This document shows, one piece after another, positions 56,466 to 64,000 of a stretch of DNA of 64,000 bases. Position 1 is the first letter of the stretch. Every line of letters begins with the position of its first letter. Under the pieces are notes generated by a model. It made no database searches and was not told where the DNA came from. It was given only the letters and a program-made list of their open reading frames with translations. The position numbers and the translations under genes are program-made. Source of the stretch: a bacterium. Lineage in GTDB: Bacteria > Bacillota_I > Bacilli_A > RFN20 > CAG-288. The stretch lies in assembly GCA_963660905.1 (NCBI GenBank), contig CAVKZJ010000004.1, positions 31,947-95,946 of the forward strand, in the 5' to 3' direction.

Positions 56466-57503
56466 ATGGCAATTGATTATGAAAAAGCCGGAGTCAGCTT
56501 AGAAGCCGGCTATGATGTCGTCCGAAGAATCAAGAAGCATGTCAACTCGACGAAAAGACCCGGATGGATGTCCGGAATCGGTTCGTTCGGAGGCATGTTC
56601 GATTTAGCCAGTCTGAACTACAGGGAACCGATCCTCGTCAGCGGAACCGATGGCGTCGGAACCAAGCTGAAGCTCGCTTTCCAGCTCGACAAGCATGATA
56701 CCATCGGCATCGATGCCGTTGCCATGTGCGTCAACGACGTCCTTGCCCAGGGTGCCGAGCCTTTGTTCTTCCTTGACTATGTCGCGGTCGGAAAGAACGA
56801 GCCTGCGAAAGTGGAAGCCATCGTCAAAGGCGTGGCGGAAGGATGCAAAATCGCCCACTGTGCCTTGATCGGCGGTGAGACAGCAGAAATGCCTGGCATG
56901 TATGGAAATGGCGAATACGATATCGCAGGATTCACGACCGGCGTCGTCGAAAAATCGAAGCTGATCGACGGAACGAAGGTCAAGGAAGGCGATGTCCTTT
57001 TGGGCATCGAATCAAGCGGTGTCCATTCCAATGGATTTTCTCTTGTCCGCAAGATCATAAAGGATGCTTCCCTGGACTTAAAGAAAATCTATCCTGAACT
57101 CGATGAAGAGAAAACATTGGGCGAAGTTCTCTTGACTCCGACCAACATCTATGTCCAGGAAGTCTTGGAAGTCATCCATTCCCTTCCTGTCCATGGCGTT
57201 GCCCATATCACCGGCGGTGGATTCGATGAAAACATTCCTCGCATCCTCAAGGAAGGTCAGGGAATCTACATCAAGGAAGGAACCTGGCCGATTCTCAAGA
57301 TCTTCTCTTTCTTGGAGAAATATGGAAAGATCGACCATCGTGAAATGTTCAATATCTACAATATGGGTATCGGCATGATCCTCGCAATCGATAAGGAAGA
57401 TGTACAAAAAGCCCAGGAGATTCTTTCCAAGGCCAACAGAAAGAGCTATGTCATCGGCAAGGTGACCGACAAGAGCGGTGTCGAAATCGAATTGGTCAAA
57501 TAA
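56466..57503 (+). CDS. purM: AIR synthase
   Basis: 345 aa. GTDGVGTKL and typical PurM sequence. Confidence 0.97.
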   Translation: MAIDYEKAGVSLEAGYDVVRRIKKHVNSTKRPGWMSGIGSFGGMFDLASLNYREPILVSGTDGVGTKLKLAFQLDKHDTIGIDAVAMCVNDVLAQGAEPLFFLDYVAVGKNEPAKVEAIVKGVAEGCKIAHCALIGGETAEMPGMYGNGEYDIAGFTTGVVEKSKLIDGTKVKEGDVLLGIESSGVHSNGFSLVRKIIKDASLDLKKIYPELDEEKTLGEVLLTPTNIYVQEVLEVIHSLPVHGVAHITGGGFDENIPRILKEGQGIYIKEGTWPILKIFSFLEKYGKIDHREMFNIYNMGIGMILAIDKEDVQKAQEILSKANRKSYVIGKVTDKSGVEIELVK

Positions 57504-57511
57504 GTCAGAGT

Positions 57512-58087
57512 ATGAATATTGCTATTTTTGCCAGTGGAAACGGAAGCAACTTCCAGGCGATTGCCCAAGCCATCCAGGAAGGGAAAATCCAGAACGCCGA
57601 AATCAAGATTCTCATTGTCGACCATAAGGATGCTTATGCGATTCAGCGAGCTCAGGCTCTTCATATTCCCTATAAAGTCTTTCTTTTGAAGGATTATCAA
57701 AGCAAGAAGGAATACGAAGAAGCCATCCTTTCGGCACTCAAGGAAGAAAGTATCGATCTCATCTGTCTTGCCGGCTATATGAAGATCATCTCCGAGACGC
57801 TTCTTTCAGCCTATGAGAACAAGATCATCAACATCCACCCTGCCCTCTTGCCATCCTTCAAGGGTGCCCATGGCATACAGGATGCCTTCGATTATGGATG
57901 CAAAGTCTTCGGAGTCACCATCCATTACGTCTCAAAGGAATTGGACGGCGGAAAAATCATAGCCCAAAGAGCCTTCGATTATGACGGAAATGATATCGAA
58001 GAACTCGAGAAGAAAATACATGAAGTCGAACATGTTCTCTATCCAGAGACCATCAACCGTTTGATAAACAAGGAGGAAAAAAGATGA
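57512..58087 (+). CDS. purN: GAR formyltransferase
   Basis: 191 aa. SGNGSN and NIHPALLPSFKG. Confidence 0.96.
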   Translation: MNIAIFASGNGSNFQAIAQAIQEGKIQNAEIKILIVDHKDAYAIQRAQALHIPYKVFLLKDYQSKKEYEEAILSALKEESIDLICLAGYMKIISETLLSAYENKIINIHPALLPSFKGAHGIQDAFDYGCKVFGVTIHYVSKELDGGKIIAQRAFDYDGNDIEELEKKIHEVEHVLYPETINRLINKEEKR

Positions 58088-59619
58088 AAAGAGCCCTGAT
58101 CAGTGTCAGTGATAAGTCGGGCATCGTCGAATTTGCCAAGGAGATTTCTTCTCTCGGCTATGAAATCATATCGACGGGCGGAACAAAGAAGATTCTCGAT
58201 GAAAATGGCGTGAAGACCATTTCCGTCGAGGAAGTCACATCCTTCCCGGAGATTCTCGATGGAAGAGTGAAAACATTGAATCCCTTCATCCATGGCGGTC
58301 TTTTAGCCAGAAGAGATGTCAAGGAACACATGGAGACGCTTGAGAAACTCCATATCGTTCCGATCGACCTCGTCGTGGTCAATCTCTATCCATTCAAGAA
58401 AACGGTCGAAAAAGGTGCTTCCTTGGAGGAAGTGATCGAAAACATCGATATCGGCGGTCCCTCCATGGTGAGAAGTGCGGCCAAGAATTACCAGTCCGTC
58501 ACGATCTTAAGCGACCCCGATGATTTCAAGACAGTTCTTGAAGAGCTCAAGGAAGAAGGAAACACCACATTGAAGACAAGAGAATATCTTGCCGCCAAGG
58601 CTTTCCGCATGACGGCAAATTATGATTCCATGATTTCCTCCTATCTTTCCAAACTGACCGGCGAGGAATTCCCTGAGAAGCTCACCCTGACCTATGAGAA
58701 GAAGCAGTCTCTTCGCTATGGCGAGAATCCGCATCAGAATGCCGCCCTCTATCAGGGACCTTATACAAGCTATTCCATCGTCCACGCCCTTCAGCATCAG
58801 GGAAAGGAACTTTCCTACAACAATATCCAGGATGCCAATGCCGCATTGTCCTTGATGATGGAATTCAAAAAGCCGACAGCCGTCGCCCTCAAGCATATGA
58901 ATCCCTGTGGCGTTGCCTCGGGAGACAATATTGTCGATGCCTGGGAGAAAGCCTATAATTCCGACCCGGTTTCCATCTATGGCGGAATCGTCTGCTTCAA
59001 TTGCCTCTTGGATGAAAAGCTGGCTTCTTCCATCATGGAAAAGAAAGTCTTTTTGGAAATCATCATGGCGCCAGGATATACAAAGGAAGCCTTGGAGATT
59101 TTGAGCAAAAAGAAGAATTGCCGAATCATGGAAGTGGACATGTCCACTCCGTTCAAAGAGAAAAAGATGGCAATCAGCGTCAACGGCGGTCTTCTCTATC
59201 AGGACCTCGATCAGGAATTGCTTCACATGGACGAACTGAAAGTCGTCACAAAGAAAGCACCCACGAAGGAAGAGATGGAAGATCTGCTATTTGCCATGAA
59301 GTGCGTCAAGCATGTCAAATCCAACGCCATCCTTGTCGCCTCATCCCAGACCACCTGCGGCGTCGGGGCCGGACAGATGAATCGAGTCGGAGCCGCCAAA
59401 TTGGCTCTCGACTGGGCAAAAGAGCACAACAAGACAAAGCTTGTCTTGGCAAGCGATGCCTTCTTCCCCTTTGATGATACCGTCACTCTTGCCAGCCAAT
59501 ATGGCGTCACAAGCATCATCCAGCCAGGCGGATCCATCCGCGATGAGGATTCCATCAAGAAGGCCGATGAGCTTGGCATCTCCATGGTCTTCACCAATAT
59601 GAGGCATTTCAAGCACTGA
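58084..59619 (+). CDS. purH: bifunctional AICAR transformylase/IMP cyclohydrolase
   Basis: 511 aa with the MGS-like N-terminal domain (ALISVSDK) and the AICARFT domain. ATGA overlap with purN. Confidence 0.97.
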   Translation: MKRALISVSDKSGIVEFAKEISSLGYEIISTGGTKKILDENGVKTISVEEVTSFPEILDGRVKTLNPFIHGGLLARRDVKEHMETLEKLHIVPIDLVVVNLYPFKKTVEKGASLEEVIENIDIGGPSMVRSAAKNYQSVTILSDPDDFKTVLEELKEEGNTTLKTREYLAAKAFRMTANYDSMISSYLSKLTGEEFPEKLTLTYEKKQSLRYGENPHQNAALYQGPYTSYSIVHALQHQGKELSYNNIQDANAALSLMMEFKKPTAVALKHMNPCGVASGDNIVDAWEKAYNSDPVSIYGGIVCFNCLLDEKLASSIMEKKVFLEIIMAPGYTKEALEILSKKKNCRIMEVDMSTPFKEKKMAISVNGGLLYQDLDQELLHMDELKVVTKKAPTKEEMEDLLFAMKCVKHVKSNAILVASSQTTCGVGAGQMNRVGAAKLALDWAKEHNKTKLVLASDAFFPFDDTVTLASQYGVTSIIQPGGSIRDEDSIKKADELGISMVFTNMRHFKH

Positions 59620-59621
59620 TT

Positions 59622-60884
59622 ATGAAAGTACTCGTCATTGGAAGCGGCGGACGATGTCACGCCATCATCGATAAGATTGCCGAATCGAAGAAAGTCGATG
59701 CGATTTTTGTAGCCCCTGGAAATGATGGAATGAGCTCTCTTGCCACGCGTGTCCTGATTCCCGTCGAAGACAAGGAAGCCTTGCTGAAATTCGCCTTGGA
59801 GGAGAAAATCGATCTGACCATCGTCGGACCCGAAGCCAGCCTTGCCACAGGCATCGTCGATCTTTTCACTGAGCATGGCCTAGCCATTTTCGGACCGACA
59901 AAGAAAGCAAGCCAGATTGAGACAAGCAAGGAATTTGCCAAGAATCTGATGAAGAAGTATAAGATTCCGACCGCCGACTTCATGAGCTTCAGTTCGTATG
60001 ATGAAGCACGAGCCTACATCCAAAAGAAAAAGACCCCGATCGTCATCAAATATGATGGACTGGCTGCCGGAAAGGGCGTTGTCGTCGCCATGGATATGCC
60101 GCAGGCTGAAAAAGCGCTGAAGGAGATGCTTGTCGATGACAAATTCGGAAAAGACAAAGTGGTCATCGAAGAATATCTTCAGGGAGTCGAATTCTCTTTC
60201 CTCTGCTTTGTCGATGGCGAACATGTCTATCCTCTCGAACTGTCCCAGGATCATAAAAGAGCCTTCGATCACGATGAAGGAGAGAACACCGGTGGAATGG
60301 GTGCCTATTCCCCATTGCCTTTCCTGACCGAAGAAGACAAAAAGGAAGCTCTTGAAAAGATCATGATTCCAACTGCCATGGCCATGAAAGAGGAAGGCGT
60401 TCCTTTCCAGGGCGTCTTATATGGCGGATTGATGAAAACCAAAGATGGCATCAAAGTCATCGAATTCAACGCCCGCTTTGGAGACCCAGAAACGGAAGTG
60501 GTTCTTCCCCGGCTAAAAAGCGACCTCTATGAAGCCTTCCTTGCCATCGTCAATCATCAGAAGCCGATTCTCGAATGGGATGAGGAATATCATCTTGGCA
60601 TCGTCATGGCAAGCCGTGGATACCCCGGACATTATGAGAAAGGGCATTTGATCACAGGCCTTGAAAATGTCAGGGGAAAGATATACTTTATGGGTGTCAA
60701 GAAAATCGAAGGCAAGTATTATACCGATGGAGGGAGAGTCCTCATTCTTGTCGAAAAAGGAAAGACATTGAAGGAAGCCCAGGAAAAAGCCCTGGAGGAA
60801 ATCAAGAAAATCCATTGCGACAACCTCTTCTACAGAAAAGATATCGGTCATTACGCCTTGGAGAACGGAGAGAAACATGATTGA
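59622..60884 (+). CDS. purD: GAR synthetase
   Basis: 420 aa. MKVLVIGSGGR and ATP-grasp motifs. Confidence 0.97.
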   Translation: MKVLVIGSGGRCHAIIDKIAESKKVDAIFVAPGNDGMSSLATRVLIPVEDKEALLKFALEEKIDLTIVGPEASLATGIVDLFTEHGLAIFGPTKKASQIETSKEFAKNLMKKYKIPTADFMSFSSYDEARAYIQKKKTPIVIKYDGLAAGKGVVVAMDMPQAEKALKEMLVDDKFGKDKVVIEEYLQGVEFSFLCFVDGEHVYPLELSQDHKRAFDHDEGENTGGMGAYSPLPFLTEEDKKEALEKIMIPTAMAMKEEGVPFQGVLYGGLMKTKDGIKVIEFNARFGDPETEVVLPRLKSDLYEAFLAIVNHQKPILEWDEEYHLGIVMASRGYPGHYEKGHLITGLENVRGKIYFMGVKKIEGKYYTDGGRVLILVEKGKTLKEAQEKALEEIKKIHCDNLFYRKDIGHYALENGEKHD

Positions 60885-62169
60885 ACGTTATTCTAGAAAA
60901 TGCATGCGCGACATTTGGAGCGAGGAAAACAAATTCCAGGCTTATCTGAAAGTCGAGCTTCTCAATGCGAAAGCCTGGGCCAAGCTCGGCGTCGTTCCCG
61001 AAGAAGACCTTCCCAAGCTGGAGAAGGCAACCTTCACCCTTGAAAGAATCAAGGAGATCGAAGCCATCACCAAGCATGATGTCGTCGCCTTCACCCGCGC
61101 CGTGGGGGAATCCCTCGGCGAGGAAAAGAAATGGATCCACTATGGTCTGACATCGACGGATGTCGTCGATACAGCCAATGGCTATCTTCTGAAATGTGCA
61201 GATGAAATTCTTCTTAAGGATATCGACGATCTTCTTTCCGTCATCAAGAAAAGAGCAATCGAGTTTTCTGCCACGCCCTGCATCGGACGTACCCATGGCA
61301 TGCATGCCGATATCACGTCCTTTGGCCTGAAATGGGCTTTGTGGTATTCCGATCTGAAAAGAATCCGAGAGGAATTCCTCCTTGCCTGCAAGAACATCGA
61401 AGTCGGAAAACTCTCCGGCGCAGTTGGAAACTTTGCCAACATCCCGCCACAGATTGAGGAATCCGTCTGTCAGGACTTGGGAATCTCCTATGCCAATATC
61501 TCGACCCAGGTCATCCAGAGAGACCGCCATGCCGCTTACATGTCGAGTCTTGCCTTGATCGCCGGCGAACTCGAAAAGATGGCATTGGAAGTCCGTCATC
61601 TCGCACGCCAGGAAGTCAAGGAAGCCGAAGAAGCCTTCACAAAAGGCCAAAAAGGATCCTCGGCAATGCCTCATAAGAGAAATCCGATTTCCAGCGAAAA
61701 CATCTGCGGCTGTGCAAGAGTCATGCGCGGCTATATGCTCACCTCCTATGAGAACATCGCTCTCTGGCATGAAAGAGACATCTCCCACTCCTCCACCGAA
61801 AGAATCATTCTTCCGGATGCAACGGAGCTTTTGGACTACATGCTGGTCCGCTTCAAAGGAATCTTAGAGCATCTTGTTGTTTATCCTGAGAAAATGCTTG
61901 AAGATATCTATCTCACGAAAGGCGTCATTTTTGCTCAAAGAGTTCTTTACGCTTTGATGCAGAAAGGATTGGTCAGGGAAGAAGCGTATGATACGATTCA
62001 GCCCTTGGCCATGAAAGCCTTGGATGAAAAGAAGGATTACAAGGAAATCCTGAAACAGGATAAGAAAGTCTCTTCGCTTCTCACTGAAAAGGAAATCGAC
62101 GACTGCTTCACGCTCGACTACTATATGAAGAATGTCGACTATATCTATAAGAGAGTCGGAATCCACTGA
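60877..62169 (+). CDS. purB: adenylosuccinate lyase
   Basis: 430 aa with the fumarate-lyase signature GSSAMPHKRNP. Confidence 0.97.
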   Translation: MIERYSRKCMRDIWSEENKFQAYLKVELLNAKAWAKLGVVPEEDLPKLEKATFTLERIKEIEAITKHDVVAFTRAVGESLGEEKKWIHYGLTSTDVVDTANGYLLKCADEILLKDIDDLLSVIKKRAIEFSATPCIGRTHGMHADITSFGLKWALWYSDLKRIREEFLLACKNIEVGKLSGAVGNFANIPPQIEESVCQDLGISYANISTQVIQRDRHAAYMSSLALIAGELEKMALEVRHLARQEVKEAEEAFTKGQKGSSAMPHKRNPISSENICGCARVMRGYMLTSYENIALWHERDISHSSTERIILPDATELLDYMLVRFKGILEHLVVYPEKMLEDIYLTKGVIFAQRVLYALMQKGLVREEAYDTIQPLAMKALDEKKDYKEILKQDKKVSSLLTEKEIDDCFTLDYYMKNVDYIYKRVGIH

Positions 62170-62177
62170 TCTGAAAT

Positions 62178-62206
62178 GGGCCACCCTATAGGAGGGCCCG
62201 TTTTTA
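62178..62206 (+). terminator. terminator after purB
   Basis: GGGCC...GGCCC GC-rich hairpin followed by GTTTTT. Confidence 0.65.
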
Positions 62207-62215
62207 ATATGAGAT

Positions 62216-62262
62216 AAAAAAGGTCAGAAAGCAGGAAATTTAATATTTCCTACCTCCGACCT
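62216..62262 (-). terminator. terminator after the minus-strand beta-helix protein gene
   Basis: Minus strand reads AGGTC..AGGAAAT-ATTAA-ATTTCCT..GACCT followed by TTTTTTATC. Confidence 0.65.
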
Positions 62263-62343
62263 ATTTCTTATTTCCAAGAGAAATACTCCTACATAGGAAT
62301 ATCACCTTGCATTTGATAGTTTATTTTTTATTCTCAAAAAATT

Positions 62344-63999
62344 TTACCTATCATTAAATTCTTTTTTATTGTAGACGCAAGTGCCTTCGCCCCAATTATT
62401 ATCATGAACATCGTAGGTGATGCCATCAGCGAGTGAAGTTGCTTTTATGACTTCGCCATCATCATCATGAGCATTTGTTGCTTTATTGCGAGCAATGACA
62501 TATTGAGTATCGCTTGCAACCTTGCCAAAACGCAATATGCGATCAACAAAATCTTCAAATGTATTGTTTTTGATAATCATCGCGCCTTCATTGACTGCGC
62601 CACCACTATCCGTATTGGAGTTTTGAAGTGCATTGCCACCAGTATACTCAGTGGTTTTACCCTTATCATCTGTTACAGTCCACCTTAAGCCAATATCTTT
62701 GAAACTATTATTGACAACAGTTACATTTTTGATGTGCATGCAATATATAGCATGGAAACAATGTTCAAATTTACAATTATTAACTACAAGATCTGTAATA
62801 CGCTCATTGTTTGTCTCATTATAATAGGTAATGCCATAGTTGCTTCTCGTATTTGTTTTATCACCACTATTAATGAAATTGCATTTCGTAAATGTTACAC
62901 CATCTATTGAAGTTTCCTCTAGAGAAGAAGCAATTTCTACTCCAGAAGTAAATGTCAAGCCTTCGAATCTTACATTGTTCCAATTTTGAGCTAAATAATA
63001 AGCACTACCGCTAATATCTTTATCTAAAACATAATCATGAACGTTCGTTCCATTTATATGACCGCCCGTTGCAGATAAACCACCAATATTAACTTGAGCA
63101 CCATCTTTAGCTTTTATAGTAAGATTATTGATATTACGAACATAATAAGAAGAAGCAGACCATCCCGTTCCATTTTTTATTTCTTTGAATTCTTCAAGAG
63201 TCTTTTCATTATCACTAGAAATTCCTCCAATATAATATTGTGTGTTGCTTCCAGGATAACTTGTTGCTCTACCAAGTTCAATCTTATCATAATCGCCTGA
63301 CTCAAGTACTAAAGTAGCACCATCAAGCGACCCATGCTGACCATCAAGATATTCTTGAATATTATCTCGATTAACTTCATAAGTATTCCCAGTAAAAGCA
63401 TTGCCTTGAACAGCTTCAATACGAAACGTCAAATCACATTTTTTGTCTTGATAGACATTTCCACTATCAGAAGGAAGATTCACTTCTACATCAACAGTAA
63501 ATGTAGAATCTTTGCTTCCTAAACTAGAATAAGAAGAAATCAAGCTTGATCCAAGGAATTCTTCACCATCGACTTTGATTTCAAGACCATTAAACAATCC
63601 TGTATCATTGCCTTTTTTTACAACTGTGCGATATTTAGCAGCAACAGTACTATTATTGGTAACTTTGATACTAAATGTGACTTTATCTCCAGGAGTCATA
63701 TTGACAAGTTTAAGATCATTTCCATCAATAGTGGCTGTTCCGCCATTGGTGAATGTTCCGACTGTGGTTGCTTCTACGTTATCTGTCTCAGGATCACCAG
63801 TCAAATCAACTCCAGAGTATGTCTTCAAATCAGTTGCAGTCGTAATGACATTCACTTTTCCAGTGGAAACCGAAACACTTGTCTCTGCAGTGCTTGTGAA
63901 AAGTGCATAAGTCGTACCTGCTGCGATTCCACCAAACGCAAGAGCAGATAGTGCGGATAAAAGGATCGTCTTGTTGAGTTTCTTAGTCTTTTTCATCAT
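62344..63999 (-). CDS. secreted protein with SipW-dependent (TasA/camelysin-class) signal peptide and parallel beta-helix repeats
   Basis: 551 aa. The N-terminus MMKKTKKLNKTILLSALSALAFGGIAAGTTYALFTSTAE resembles the SipW-cognate signal class (GGT-x-A-x-F-T/S-D/S). The C-terminal half has pectate-lyase-like repeat turns (VVNNCKFEHCFHAIYCMHIKNVTVVNNSFKD). G+C is clearly lower than in the pur operon. Confidence 0.65.
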   Translation of the reverse strand: MMKKTKKLNKTILLSALSALAFGGIAAGTTYALFTSTAETSVSVSTGKVNVITTATDLKTYSGVDLTGDPETDNVEATTVGTFTNGGTATIDGNDLKLVNMTPGDKVTFSIKVTNNSTVAAKYRTVVKKGNDTGLFNGLEIKVDGEEFLGSSLISSYSSLGSKDSTFTVDVEVNLPSDSGNVYQDKKCDLTFRIEAVQGNAFTGNTYEVNRDNIQEYLDGQHGSLDGATLVLESGDYDKIELGRATSYPGSNTQYYIGGISSDNEKTLEEFKEIKNGTGWSASSYYVRNINNLTIKAKDGAQVNIGGLSATGGHINGTNVHDYVLDKDISGSAYYLAQNWNNVRFEGLTFTSGVEIASSLEETSIDGVTFTKCNFINSGDKTNTRSNYGITYYNETNNERITDLVVNNCKFEHCFHAIYCMHIKNVTVVNNSFKDIGLRWTVTDDKGKTTEYTGGNALQNSNTDSGGAVNEGAMIIKNNTFEDFVDRILRFGKVASDTQYVIARNKATNAHDDDGEVIKATSLADGITYDVHDNNWGEGTCVYNKKEFNDR

Positions 64000-64000
64000 T

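Noticed and set aside
52256-61788. Long minus-strand ORFs antisense to pur genes (364 aa at 52256-53350, 262 aa at 55657-56445, 239 aa at 58507-59226, 217 aa at 59223-59876, 328 aa at 60802-61788)
   Set aside because: All lie fully inside well-supported purL, purF, purH, purD and purB genes. They have no RBS, and their products are Asp/Gly/Phe/Leu-rich nonsense.

Overview
This is a 64-kb chromosomal window from a low-GC Bacillota genome with streamlined, Mollicutes/Erysipelotrichia-like gene content. The standard genetic code applies: Trp is TGG throughout, and ORFs of more than 1000 codons contain no TGA. I count about 53 protein genes, roughly 80% on the minus strand, with very little spacer DNA. 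From left to right the window holds: (1) a sugar-type ABC transporter operon whose ATPase carries a ~273-aa insertion, preceded by a 503-aa surface/membrane protein; (2) a tightly overlapping three-gene cassette of a SIR2-like (SIR2_2) protein plus two RDD-like membrane proteins, which is my best candidate for an undescribed system, possibly NAD-targeting defence; (3) the str operon rpsL-rpsG-fusA-tuf; (4) a BI-1/YccA membrane protein; (5) a low-GC islet with two acetyltransferases, one a GNAT interrupted by an in-frame TGA; (6) gap-pgk-tpiA; (7) whiA-trxB-lgt-hprK-uvrA; (8) a PPi-type phosphofructokinase; (9) a YfhO-like giant membrane protein; (10) a divergent unit of a Wzy/O-antigen-ligase-like protein, NUDIX and an orphan vsr; (11) a bicupin; (12) a T-box-controlled amino-acid ABC transporter in artPQR order, with specifier read as CGA/Arg; (13) eno; (14) pncB-nadM NAD salvage; (15) an SNF2 helicase with an overlapping partner gene; (16) uvrB; (17) an S41 protease; (18) a guanine-riboswitch-led purEKLCFMNHDB operon with an unusually long leader; and (19) a low-GC gene for a beta-helix protein with a SipW-type signal peptide. 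I recognised no rRNA, tRNA, CRISPR array, transposase or integrase. All functional calls come from motifs read by eye, and no database search was run.
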